Below, piece by piece: positions 17,540 through 26,703 of a stretch of DNA of 64,000 bases. The position numbers and the translations under genes are program-made. The notes beneath the pieces were generated by a model. That model ran no database searches. It saw nothing but the letters and a program-made list of their open reading frames with translations, and was not told the DNA's origin. This DNA is from a virus (Duplodnaviria > Caudoviricetes): positions 276 to 64,275 of the IMG/VR virus record IMGVR_UViG_3300033150_000846. The stretch is one strand, 5' to 3'. Every line of letters starts with the position of its first letter. The stretch's first letter is position 1.

Positions 17540-20500
17540 ATGCCGAAGCCTGAAACCCCGCCGCCAAACTCCTCATTCATTGATGAACTGCTCAGTACAG
17601 TGAAGCAGGTTCCTACCTTCTTGGGGCAGCTCCCACCTTTTGCACCAACTGAGCCGACAGCCGCTGACAAGGAGCTTCTCTCCTACTTGTCTTATTGGAA
17701 CAATGTGGTGACTGAGAAGCCCAAGAGAATGGTCAATGAGCTTGGGAAAATCTTCTTTCACACCGGTGAGGACGCCGAGACCAAGCTCAACCGGGACGGC
17801 TCTCTGAAAGGTGAGGACATTCTTGGCAAGCCCCCGGAGACAGTGTACTTTTCTGATGATATGATTGCCGAGTTTCGGAAGAAGGGCTACGATGTCTCTG
17901 ACTTGCCGGTGGAGCCAAGGGCTTTAAGGGCTGCGTGGGAGGCGGCCAAGCATCCCATTGAAACGGGGGTTAAGGGGCTTTTGACCCCTGTGGCGGACTT
18001 TGCGGGGATGGTATGGAAGATGGCCGAGCCTGACTATGGGCCAAACGCCCCTTTGTATGAGAAGGTCTTTAAGGACCTTACCAAGGTTTACGCTTTGGCT
18101 TATGGGCTGACGTTGAAGCCTCTAGTTGACAACATTAAGGCGACCAAGGACCCGGACGATCCGTACTCTCACATTAACATTGAACAGGGGTTGTGGAAGA
18201 CCGTCGAAGACTTTCTTCCACTTCGGGAGGTGTTGGCTTTGGCGACCGGACGAAACCCGGAGACCAAGGAACTGCTCACTCCGAAGGAGTGGGGAGCCAA
18301 CCTTACAACAGGCCTACTCAAGTTTTGGATGGCGAAGGCTGGAACTGATTGGGCCAGAGGGAAATGGCGGGCCGACATTGAAGTGACACACCCGGCTCTT
18401 CTGGATATTCCTAAGTCGAGGTTCTTGGAAGAGCAGCAAGCCCTTGAATTGGAGGCCGCCAAGAAGGGTATAGCGTCTGGAAAACGTGCCGCTACAAGGG
18501 AACTGAAGAAGGCTGCTGAAAAAGGGCAAAAGACTGTTGCTGAGGCAGGGGCGACTTTGGACGAGGCAATGGACGTAATTGACCTCAAGACTCCTGTGGA
18601 CAAAGCTAAGCTGAGTCCGGAAGTTCGGAAGATCGCCGACCAGGTTGAGGATGCAGGGGCCGGTCCTTTGACAGTAGAGGACTTCGTTGATGTTTACAAG
18701 GAGCTAGGGCTTGAGCCTAGTACAATACCGGACCTTACACCAGCCCAACTCTACAAGATCTTCAATGAGCTGGGGAACAGCCTCAGTGATTTGTACAAGA
18801 CGAATCCTGACAAGTTCCAGGAGACTTTGTTCAATGTTGCGATGAAGCAAGCGAAAGCTAAGAAGCTTGCCCAGGCTGCCGGTAAACCAACTGGCCTCAC
18901 AAAGACCAACATATTTGCTGATCTTGTTCGGTCGGAGGCTCTTGGACCGAGGGCGATTGCTGATATTTTTAAGCGGAAAACTTTGGACACTGGCATGTCT
19001 CCGGAGGCGGTCGCCCGAGAAGCTCAGGCAATTGCAGCCTTGATTGAGGACAGTCTGAGTAAGAGCGGGGCTAGACTGAATGCTATTTCAAAGGCTACGC
19101 TGGAGGGGCTGGAAGAGGTTTTGGTTGGGAACCCCGAGGCTCTTGAGGCTCTTGGAGGGCTGAAAGAGGCGCTGAGCCGTAACTACAAGTACATGGGGAC
19201 TTTCCAGAAGATAAACTACTTCTACAGAAAGTTTGGCCTGAAGTGGACTCGTGGTGGAGCTACTTCCCAGCCCGCTACTGTTGCCCGTAACGTCAGTGTT
19301 CAAGGCGGGGCTTATCTTGTGGGCACATGGGAAGACTTCTTGGGTGATTTGCGAATATGGACCAAGAGCATGAAGGATGCTGTAACCCGAGGAGCAAGAC
19401 CCCTGTCTCCGTCAGAGGCTTTTCATCAAACCCTTTTTGACATCACCAATATCATTCATCAGTTACATGGGGCAAGTGTCAAGGCCTACGGTTTGGGTAA
19501 GTTCGCCCTTACCAAGATGGGCAAGAAGACAGGGGAGAACACCTATGAGTACATAGTGAAGAACCCTAAGAACTTCAAACCCCTTTACAATGTCTATGAC
19601 AAGATCATGGAGGCTCTTCCCGTAGAGGAGGCTGCCAAGCTGGAGCACACGTTCTCAATGGAGTTTGAACCAGCCAGTGTCATGACTAAGGCTTACTGGA
19701 AGAACTTCATTAAGAAAGTCACTGTCTTGAACAGAGACCCAACTTACGGCCCTATGTCCAGGCTCGCCAAGCAGGGAGCTACCATCATGGACACGATAGT
19801 GGACCTTGGTGGCATAGGAAACATGACGCAAGAACTCTTTTGGCGCAGGGCATTCTTTGTGCGGGCCGTTGAAAAATATGCACGTGAAAGGGGCTACCTT
19901 GGGGCTGAGGATTATTGGCAAGCACTGAAGGCAGGACGTACTGACTCACGCACCACCATGATTGGCGGGTTCCGCAATGCTGAAGAGGCTTTGGCTAGAC
20001 TCAAGAAGCTCAAGGAAGAAGATATTCCGCAAATGGCTGATGAGACAGTGACCAAGATGGCTCAAAGCTTCAAGAAGCGAATGAAGGACCCTTACAAGCT
20101 TGGGAACCGGATTCTCGAAGCCCGAAAAAACATAATTGATGACTTGAATAAGAAGGCGGACGAAGCCATAAGGCTGTTGGAAGCGAAAGTCAACCCGAAC
20201 GAGGCCCTTGGAGTGTTGCCCGACAGTCTTGCTAAAAGGCTTGGAGGGGAAGTTGAAACCGACATGACTGTGATTAGTAGGGCCAGACATGAAGCGCATG
20301 TGAACACGTTTGCGGCAACTCCTCCTCAACACACTTTTGCCGGGCATGTTTTGCAAGCCTACAGAACACTTCCCCTTGCAGGAGTAGGGCCTTGGTTTCC
20401 TCGCTTTCTGTCCAACTTGTACACCTGGATGAATGAGCGCAATCCTTTGGCTTACAGCCAGTTCGCCAAAACACGGATTGCACAAGAGCTGGACGCTTTT

Positions 20501-21658
20501 GTTGGAAAGCGCACTACGGTCGGTTTGTCCAGAAGAGCCCTTGATGAATGGGCCAGACACGTCGATGGAATCATCATGCTTGGTACAGCGAAGTTCATTC
20601 AAGGTTCTTCGCTGGCTGGCCCGGCTTACTACCAAGTATGGACAGGCTTGAAAGACAAAGAGGGCAACAAGATCTTTTGGGATGTGAGGCCACTTCAACC
20701 CTTCTCGACCTTCATGTTTCTGCAAAAAGCGTTTAGTCTCGCGGCTACAGGAGCCAGCTTCAAAGGAAAGATCAGCCCTAGTGACATTTCAGATGCTTTG
20801 GTTGGGGTTCGTAGATTACAAGATCAGCTTGGCTTTGCTTTCACTGACTTGGTGCGGCAGATAAGTACCGACAATCCCGACAGCTTTTGGCGAAGCGTCA
20901 AGAGGCTTGCCGGGCAGCCGCTGGCAATGCCTTTCTTAGGACTTCGTGGTTTTGTGAACATGCTGGCTGATGTCGGTCTTGGAAAGACCTACTCGGAAGT
21001 TCGGGACATGACAGGCCAGGAACTGACCGGCCCCGTGCTCAATGACATTGCTCCGTCCTTGCTTCCTAAGCAGTATGATCCGTACACAGGGGAAGTGAGG
21101 GAAAGCAAAGTCGATATAGCTACGAAGGTTCCGCCATTCATTGACATGACAGGAAAGGAACCTACAGTGAAAGAGAGTGCTGAACTAACGCTTGGGCCGC
21201 GCTTCAGACAATTGACCGGGATGTCGCTGCAAGAAATATCGCCTTTGGAAGAGTACTTCTCGCATCTCGGAATTAGCACAACTGACTTGGTTGGCCGCTG
21301 GAAGTCCCAGGAAGCAAGCGCCTTGGTAAGACGCATCATGGGTGAGGTCCTTGGGCGGAAGCAAGAAAACGGGGAAACTACCAACGCAGCCCTTGCCAGG
21401 ATTTTACGGGAAGGGCTAAGAGCCGTGCCGGACCCCCTAGCCAGGATGCTCATAATGAAAGAGTTTGTCATTCCGTTTAGGAAAGCCGTAGTGGACCGGG
21501 CTGCTTTGGAAGCTCCAAAAGTGTTTGCCAAAGAGGAACGAGGTTCCCCAGTGAAGGTGTCGGCCCCCAAGGTCATGCAGCCGATGTTCCAGAAATTCAT
21601 TGAGGAGGGCCTTCCAAGCCACATAGATTGGGAGAAGATAGGAGAGACTTTGAAATGA
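17540..21658 (+). CDS. Large internal virion (ejection) protein
   Basis: 1372-aa helical protein, last of three ejection-type genes. Confidence 0.6.
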   Translation: MPKPETPPPNSSFIDELLSTVKQVPTFLGQLPPFAPTEPTAADKELLSYLSYWNNVVTEKPKRMVNELGKIFFHTGEDAETKLNRDGSLKGEDILGKPPETVYFSDDMIAEFRKKGYDVSDLPVEPRALRAAWEAAKHPIETGVKGLLTPVADFAGMVWKMAEPDYGPNAPLYEKVFKDLTKVYALAYGLTLKPLVDNIKATKDPDDPYSHINIEQGLWKTVEDFLPLREVLALATGRNPETKELLTPKEWGANLTTGLLKFWMAKAGTDWARGKWRADIEVTHPALLDIPKSRFLEEQQALELEAAKKGIASGKRAATRELKKAAEKGQKTVAEAGATLDEAMDVIDLKTPVDKAKLSPEVRKIADQVEDAGAGPLTVEDFVDVYKELGLEPSTIPDLTPAQLYKIFNELGNSLSDLYKTNPDKFQETLFNVAMKQAKAKKLAQAAGKPTGLTKTNIFADLVRSEALGPRAIADIFKRKTLDTGMSPEAVAREAQAIAALIEDSLSKSGARLNAISKATLEGLEEVLVGNPEALEALGGLKEALSRNYKYMGTFQKINYFYRKFGLKWTRGGATSQPATVARNVSVQGGAYLVGTWEDFLGDLRIWTKSMKDAVTRGARPLSPSEAFHQTLFDITNIIHQLHGASVKAYGLGKFALTKMGKKTGENTYEYIVKNPKNFKPLYNVYDKIMEALPVEEAAKLEHTFSMEFEPASVMTKAYWKNFIKKVTVLNRDPTYGPMSRLAKQGATIMDTIVDLGGIGNMTQELFWRRAFFVRAVEKYARERGYLGAEDYWQALKAGRTDSRTTMIGGFRNAEEALARLKKLKEEDIPQMADETVTKMAQSFKKRMKDPYKLGNRILEARKNIIDDLNKKADEAIRLLEAKVNPNEALGVLPDSLAKRLGGEVETDMTVISRARHEAHVNTFAATPPQHTFAGHVLQAYRTLPLAGVGPWFPRFLSNLYTWMNERNPLAYSQFAKTRIAQELDAFVGKRTTVGLSRRALDEWARHVDGIIMLGTAKFIQGSSLAGPAYYQVWTGLKDKEGNKIFWDVRPLQPFSTFMFLQKAFSLAATGASFKGKISPSDISDALVGVRRLQDQLGFAFTDLVRQISTDNPDSFWRSVKRLAGQPLAMPFLGLRGFVNMLADVGLGKTYSEVRDMTGQELTGPVLNDIAPSLLPKQYDPYTGEVRESKVDIATKVPPFIDMTGKEPTVKESAELTLGPRFRQLTGMSLQEISPLEEYFSHLGISTTDLVGRWKSQEASALVRRIMGEVLGRKQENGETTNAALARILREGLRAVPDPLARMLIMKEFVIPFRKAVVDRAALEAPKVFAKEERGSPVKVSAPKVMQPMFQKFIEEGLPSHIDWEKIGETLK

Positions 21659-21909
21659 CGTTGAATGGGCGCTTACGCAACATAACAGACTCGAAGATGC
21701 TTGTAGGCATCATCATAATGCTCATTAGTGCTTGGGCATCTTGGTCTACAACCGCGATCATACGAGCTTCGGAGCAACGCGCCCAAATCAGAGAAAACGT
21801 CCAAAGGAATGCTACCACGAACGAGAGCATTCAGAAGAGTCTGGAAGACATCAAGAAGACTGTAGACACTCTTCTACAGTTAGAGTTGGAGAGAGTCAAT
21901 GCACGTTAA
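21655..21909 (+). CDS. Single-TM coiled-coil protein (holin or lysis accessory candidate)
   Basis: TM segment MLVGIIIMLISAWASW then coiled coil; ATGA overlap. Confidence 0.55.
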   Translation: MTLNGRLRNITDSKMLVGIIIMLISAWASWSTTAIIRASEQRAQIRENVQRNATTNESIQKSLEDIKKTVDTLLQLELERVNAR

Positions 21910-22426
21910 ACACCTCCTCTTGTATCCGCAGGTCATACAAGAGTGGATCACTAATATAGAGGCCAAGAAGGACAACGTAGAGGAGCCAAGCAAGAGCCCA
22001 AAGCCCCTGTTTACTGATCCGGAGGGAGAAGCTCTAATGGCCAACCTCCGCAAACTCTTCTTGGCCAGGGGAATCAAGGACATGACATCCCAGGAAGTTT
22101 TCTCTCTCCAGCCCTCTAGAGAAAAGATGTCAATGGAGGAGATGTTTGGCAGCGGGGTCATCCTCGACAAAGTTCGGGGGAAGATTCAGCGGTCTTTCAG
22201 CAACGACGAAATTCGGGCTGGAATCTCCAGGGCTGTGGGTAGCAAAGCTTTGCGAAGAGACCTGTACACGGTTCTGCCGAAAGCAAAAGGAAAGCTTCCG
22301 GAGCGGTTTCCGGACAGAACCAATCTTGGGGCATTGCGTGACGGAGCCGAGAGGGTTTTGGACTATCTTGTGGCCTCGAAAAAAGTGAGAAAAAAGTCGC
22401 CCAGGCCCTTGACAAACTTCCCCTAG
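21899..22426 (+). CDS. Hypothetical basic protein
   Basis: Co-directional ORF that contains a motif copy and ends inside the sRNA promoter. Confidence 0.55.
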   Translation: MHVKHLLLYPQVIQEWITNIEAKKDNVEEPSKSPKPLFTDPEGEALMANLRKLFLARGIKDMTSQEVFSLQPSREKMSMEEMFGSGVILDKVRGKIQRSFSNDEIRAGISRAVGSKALRRDLYTVLPKAKGKLPERFPDRTNLGALRDGAERVLDYLVASKKVRKKSPRPLTNFP

Positions 22427-22437
22427 TGTAGTATACT
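22409..22437 (+). promoter_or_regulatory. Near-consensus sigma70 promoter
   Basis: TTGACA(22409)-17 bp-TATACT(22432); predicted +1 at about 22444. Confidence 0.85.
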
Positions 22438-22443
22438 GAAAAT

Positions 22444-22504
22444 AACCCCGCTGCCAAACACAGAGTGGTTGGGATGTAGAACCGGCATCCCAGCCACTCT
22501 TTTT
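22444..22504 (+). ncRNA. Predicted ~60-nt small RNA: 5' single-stranded motif, 15-bp hairpin and U tail
   Basis: AACCCCGCTGCCAAACAC, then AGAGTGGTTGGGATG(22462-76)/CATCCCAGCCACTCT(22486-500), then TTTT. Confidence 0.7.
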
Positions 22505-22522
22505 GTATTGGGGCCGTTTACT

Positions 22523-23041
22523 ATGAGAACCAAAGTGATGGTAGGAGCCATTGCCTGTTGCCTGGCAGTGAGGCAAGGAGCAGAGGTGGCTATACCGAAG
22601 AAACTTGAGAGAGAAATGGTTAGTCCGAACCGAGACCTCAGTATTGAAGAGCAGGCACCCTTGGTACTTTTGCCTATGACTGTGTGGGGAGAGGCAAGAG
22701 GGGAGCCGTTCCTTTCCAAGATCTGTGTTGCTCATGTCATTGTGAACAGGAGCAAGAAGCGCCGTATGTCGATCAAGGAGGTGGTGCTTCAGCCGAAGCA
22801 GTTCTCGGTATTTAACCTGAATGATCCTAACAGGGACAAGCTGCTGTTGGCGGATTCCTTGGAAGGTGAAGAGGTTTGGGGAGAGTGCGTGGCGGCTTCG
22901 TGGGTTGCCCTGGTAAGCCGGGAGTATGATCCGACTAACGGGGCAACCCACTACTACTCAGGGAAGCGGCGGCCCAAGTGGGCAAAGAGAATGAGAGAAA
23001 CCCTTACTCTTGGGCGTCTTCACTTTTTGCGTCCTGGGTAA
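22523..23041 (+). CDS. SleB/Hydrolase_2-family cell wall hydrolase (endolysin) with N-terminal hydrophobic anchor
   Basis: TVWGEARGE, VAHVIVNR, PKQFS, DPTNGATHYY and HFLR motifs. Confidence 0.9.
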   Translation: MRTKVMVGAIACCLAVRQGAEVAIPKKLEREMVSPNRDLSIEEQAPLVLLPMTVWGEARGEPFLSKICVAHVIVNRSKKRRMSIKEVVLQPKQFSVFNLNDPNRDKLLLADSLEGEEVWGECVAASWVALVSREYDPTNGATHYYSGKRRPKWAKRMRETLTLGRLHFLRPG

Positions 23042-23255
23042 GGTAGAGGCCGTCGTTTCTGATGGTTGTCGGCTTTCCTTTGCTGACTAAGTGGCAGAAG
23101 TCAGCGAATCCCTCCTTTAGAGTGTTGAGCTTGGCTTCCAGAAGCGTAATGGAAATCAAGTACTTCTGAAAGATCTTCTCCTCTAGCTTGGACATTTCAA
23201 TTTTGACGGGAGGCGGAGCCTCTCGGGCTGTGGGGGATTTACTTTTTTGTGACAT
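23004..23255 (-). CDS. Hypothetical protein
   Basis: AGGAG SD before MSQK; last gene of the leftward arm. Confidence 0.5.
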   Translation of the reverse strand: MSQKSKSPTAREAPPPVKIEMSKLEEKIFQKYLISITLLEAKLNTLKEGFADFCHLVSKGKPTTIRNDGLYLTQDAKSEDAQE

Positions 23256-23559
23256 GGTGATTCTCCTGCTGGTCGGTGCCGTACATTTCATTGAAGATAT
23301 ATTCGGGTAGAGATGGGCCGTGAGTTTTCATGTGCTGGAGGCGGTCGTATCGAGCTTTCCATCTCTTTAGGTTCTTTATTATGTGGGCTTCGACAGTGGG
23401 TACGTCGAAGAAGATTGGCTTTCCTCTTGTGCCCTTTGTTCTTGGTATTGGGCGTGGGTTGTATCCTTTGTGACAGTTTTGGTACATTGTGGCCTTTGAT
23501 ATTCCCAGCACGCGAGTCACTTCCTCTAAAGTCAAAACGGTTCTTTTGGTTTGCTCCAT
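23239..23559 (-). CDS. AlpA/excisionase-like helix-turn-helix protein
   Basis: VLTLEEVTRVLGISKATMY. Confidence 0.75.
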   Translation of the reverse strand: MEQTKRTVLTLEEVTRVLGISKATMYQNCHKGYNPRPIPRTKGTRGKPIFFDVPTVEAHIIKNLKRWKARYDRLQHMKTHGPSLPEYIFNEMYGTDQQENHHVTKK

Positions 23560-23572
23560 GTCTTTGTTCCTC

Positions 23573-24127
23573 TTAGAGTTCTCCTAGGATGATGGCCTTT
23601 GCCTCGTTCCACGTGGTAATTCCTGGAATGGGGTCTGTGTTCGTTTTGGTGAACCAGTCATCCCAAGATGGGTGATGCACGTAGACTACATGGAATTGGG
23701 AAAGTCCGCCCTCTGTCTTTTTGCGTGCCTCCAGAAAGACACGAGGGTCATCGTCAAAGTGGACTAGAGGGCGAATTTCTTTTAGGACATGGATCTTTCG
23801 TTGTCTGCTCCCTGTGCATACCACTAGTGGTAGTTCGAATTTATCGTTACCCAGAGTATACATAGCTGTCTCATAGTCCATGTTCCTTTTGCCCGTTAAC
23901 CAGTCTAGTGTGTCGTCTGTTGTTTCGGGCGGACGGCTGGACACTAAAGCAAATTTGTAATTGTCTGGTAGCCACAGAGATGGATACAGTATGTCATGGA
24001 TGGCGTTAGGCCACCTCTTCTTGAGATTGGGCAGGTCCCGTAGCCAGCGGTCACGACCGCCGTTTTCCCAAGGATGGTAGGATGGAGTGTCGGCAAGAAC
24101 GCCGTCAATGTCCAGTGTAATCAGCAT
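23573..24127 (-). CDS. HAD-family phosphatase (5'-nucleotidase-like)
   Basis: LDIDGVLAD, VSSRP and HFDDDP motifs. Confidence 0.8.
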   Translation of the reverse strand: MLITLDIDGVLADTPSYHPWENGGRDRWLRDLPNLKKRWPNAIHDILYPSLWLPDNYKFALVSSRPPETTDDTLDWLTGKRNMDYETAMYTLGNDKFELPLVVCTGSRQRKIHVLKEIRPLVHFDDDPRVFLEARKKTEGGLSQFHVVYVHHPSWDDWFTKTNTDPIPGITTWNEAKAIILGEL

Positions 24128-24140
24128 AGTGTTACCGCCT

Positions 24141-24977
24141 TTATTGGCATTCAATTCCTTTTTCGTTGAAGGCAAACGATAGTTGCTTGCTTGGAGGCAG
24201 TTCGTCAGTTGGGCAGAGCTCGACATTGGAGGTTTGAGACACCTCAGGAGCAGCAGTACTGAGTACTACGGGAGCACTTCCTGCACTGCTTGGAGTTTGG
24301 CAGCGGGGTTCAAAGCTGAGGACGATGGGGAGGATTTTGTTGGCAGTGTCTGCTGAGGTTTCGGTTCGTGGATCGGTAGTAACTGTGAAGTCACAGTAGT
24401 AGGGGTGAAGAGAGTTTTCGGAAGGGTGGCGGGCTTGCTTTCCGGTAAGGAAACGAACTGGAGCAGGATTGTGTACCCAAAAGATGCTGCCGTTGTGACG
24501 GCGGATTGCCTCAACTTCGTTGGGGAAGCGGACATCGTCAATGAGGATGAACCGATTCTTAACAGGGGGTAGGAAGAGTCGGCTTTTTGTGAAGAAGGCA
24601 GTTACCCAGTAGTTTGGGTCTTGGGCTCGGCGGTAAGAGGTGCCCCACCATTGAAGAAGCCAACGGACAAGAGGGGCAGGAGGCTTGATGTAGAGTAGCT
24701 CCGTTATGTCTTTCTTTCTCAAGGTGAGGTAGTACTGACCAATGGCGGCGGCTATGGTTTTAGCTTTGAGAGATGGAGGAGAGTTAAGGGGTCTTCCGAA
24801 GTAGAGGTCTCTTAGCTCGTCACGGACGGCGTCGGCAAAGCTACGAACACAAGTCGAGGTTTGTGGGCGCTCCTTTAGGCGACGGGCTAAAGCATGGGCA
24901 ATGGAGGTTTTACCGGCTCCGGCTTTACCTGCAAAGCCAACAAGGATTGGAGGCTTTTGTAAGGAGTTAGGTTGCAT
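24141..24977 (-). CDS. Deoxynucleoside monophosphate kinase
   Basis: GFAGKAGAGKT, SFADAVR, LLQWWGT, IDDVRFPNE and HPSE motifs. Confidence 0.85.
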   Translation of the reverse strand: MQPNSLQKPPILVGFAGKAGAGKTSIAHALARRLKERPQTSTCVRSFADAVRDELRDLYFGRPLNSPPSLKAKTIAAAIGQYYLTLRKKDITELLYIKPPAPLVRWLLQWWGTSYRRAQDPNYWVTAFFTKSRLFLPPVKNRFILIDDVRFPNEVEAIRRHNGSIFWVHNPAPVRFLTGKQARHPSENSLHPYYCDFTVTTDPRTETSADTANKILPIVLSFEPRCQTPSSAGSAPVVLSTAAPEVSQTSNVELCPTDELPPSKQLSFAFNEKGIECQ

Positions 24978-25374
24978 GGGTTGGTTCCTTTTCGTAGTAG
25001 ATGGTTAGGGGAATCTTAGCTTTTTTGGTAAGTGCTACCATGTTGGCTGTACCCCTGGTTAGGGTGCTGCCTGCAGTGAATGCACATACGAAAGTGGGCC
25101 TTCCTTTGGTCAGCATTTCGCGGTTGCGTATCATCCCGGCTTTGCGCCCGTGTATTGACCACTTGGCTGGGAAGGCTAGTATTGGGACGTGGTTTTGTTT
25201 GGCCCAATCCTTAGCCATTGTGTCGGCACCGGCAGCTTCACCTTCAATGAGGAAGGAGAGACCTCCGCTTTTTTGGGCTATGTTGGTAAGGACCTGGTGT
25301 AGGAAGGCTTTGTCTTTCCAGGCTCTGCTGCCACAAACTAGGAGGCGAGGGCCTTTGGTGTTGTGAAGGCTCAT
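24967..25374 (-). CDS. SLOG-family protein (DUF2493/YspA-like)
   Basis: LLVCGSR, IEGEAAGAD, AGMIRNREM and GTANM motifs. Confidence 0.85.
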   Translation of the reverse strand: MSLHNTKGPRLLVCGSRAWKDKAFLHQVLTNIAQKSGGLSFLIEGEAAGADTMAKDWAKQNHVPILAFPAKWSIHGRKAGMIRNREMLTKGRPTFVCAFTAGSTLTRGTANMVALTKKAKIPLTIYYEKEPTHAT

Positions 25375-25694
25375 TTTATCTTTCCTTGTTTATCGTTTAT
25401 CTTTCGCGCGCTGAGCTTCAGCTCGTAGCCCAGCTCGTACAGCATGGCGGCAAGATCCCGAAGTAAAACCTCGCCACGAGACAAAAGCTTGTTGACAACC
25501 TGCTTACCATCGCTGATCCCGTAGTCCCGTGTCAGTTGCTCGCCAAGCCAATCTCTGCCGCAGTTTTCCTTCTCCAAGAACCGCGCCACCAGTTCTGCAG
25601 CATCAATGCCAGCACCGTGTACATAGTAGAGTCGGCGGTACGTTGGGCTTCGCATGAGCTTTTCGTGTGTAGTCATTTTAACTTTGTTTCTCAT
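25371..25694 (-). CDS. HTH-like hypothetical protein
   Basis: Xre-antitoxin-like C-terminus LRDLAAMLYELGYELKL. Confidence 0.5.
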   Translation of the reverse strand: MRNKVKMTTHEKLMRSPTYRRLYYVHGAGIDAAELVARFLEKENCGRDWLGEQLTRDYGISDGKQVVNKLLSRGEVLLRDLAAMLYELGYELKLSARKINDKQGKIK

Positions 25695-25861
25695 ATTTTA
25701 GAGGCTGCGACTGGTCCGAAGCGGTTCAGCCATTGTAAAAGGTTTTTGAATGGCTGCCCAATGAAGACTCTCCATACTGGAGGAGCAGCTATGATTTTGT
25801 GGTTGCTGTCGATGTCTACTTGTCCGGTCATCTTTGAGCAAGAGATGTAAAGTTTTTTCAT
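25691..25861 (-). CDS. 56-aa hypothetical protein, not in the ORF track
   Basis: MKKLYISCSKMTGQVDIDSNHKIIAAPPVWRVFIGQPF...; fills the gap with an ATGA overlap. Confidence 0.55.
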   Translation of the reverse strand: MKKLYISCSKMTGQVDIDSNHKIIAAPPVWRVFIGQPFKNLLQWLNRFGPVAASKI

Positions 25862-25863
25862 TG

Positions 25864-26703
25864 TTAGTCTTCTGTTAGAAGGTAGTCGGGGGCTACGCCA
25901 AGTTTTTTGGAGGTTGATAGAGGAGCGTGGACGAACTCGGGGGTGATTGAGACTGTCAGGTGTTTGCCTTTTCGGGCTTGGGATAAGTGGAGGATGACGT
26001 GGGAGGCAGTTATTGGGCTGTACAGTTTTTCTTCCGCGTAACCGGTGCGTCCGTCATAGGCTGAGCCACAAGCAAACACTCTTGAGGAGATCCACTTTAC
26101 CCGTCCGTTCTTGAGGGTTGCATAGACGTTAGGGGGCCAAACTTCTCCACAACCGTGGCTATGGCCGGTAAGGATTATGTCTGCTAGAATGAAGGCTACT
26201 GGCTTGGTAGCTGCCTTGATTTTGCCGGTGTGCGTAGTAGCTACGCTTACACCGTGGTGAGCATAGAGAGAGGTTGTGGTTCGGCGATTGTTAGCTCCTT
26301 CCAAGCGAAGGCTTACCATGGCTGAGACGCCAGCGTAAGGTAAGTTGAGGGTTCTGCAAAGGACTTCATCCCACTCGACTCCAGTATCTTTGTCGATTCT
26401 GTCTCCGTGGTTTCCACGAATGCCGAAAAGGCCTTTGGTCATGACTGGCTTTAGGATGTTGTAGATGATTTTTAGTTGGGTGCCAGGATCGTACACTTGC
26501 TCGTGGACACGCCCTTTCGAAGACTTTGTTACGCATTCTCCTCCGTCACCAAGGTAGAGCCAGTATCCGATGGGGTCGTTCTTGACACGGTTGACCATGT
26601 GCTCTATGAACTGGAAGTCGCATTGCTTGGACCCAACATGCCAGTCCGTGAAGGGATAGATGTTTACTTTTGGTGTTTTAAACTTGAAGGTTAGATGTTT
26701 CAT
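25864..26703 (-). CDS. Calcineurin-like metallophosphoesterase
   Basis: DWHVG, LGD, GNHG, HHG and GHSH motifs. Confidence 0.9.
   Translation of the reverse strand: MKHLTFKFKTPKVNIYPFTDWHVGSKQCDFQFIEHMVNRVKNDPIGYWLYLGDGGECVTKSSKGRVHEQVYDPGTQLKIIYNILKPVMTKGLFGIRGNHGDRIDKDTGVEWDEVLCRTLNLPYAGVSAMVSLRLEGANNRRTTTSLYAHHGVSVATTHTGKIKAATKPVAFILADIILTGHSHGCGEVWPPNVYATLKNGRVKWISSRVFACGSAYDGRTGYAEEKLYSPITASHVILHLSQARKGKHLTVSITPEFVHAPLSTSKKLGVAPDYLLTED

Noticed and set aside
22445-22459. 15-mer as a CRISPR repeat or type I-E repeat mimic (shares CAGCGGGG)
   Set aside because: Copies are solitary, kilobases apart and non-palindromic, with no spacers or repeat hairpin.
22469-22522. TTG start of the lysin at 22469
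   Set aside because: It lies inside the terminator hairpin stem.
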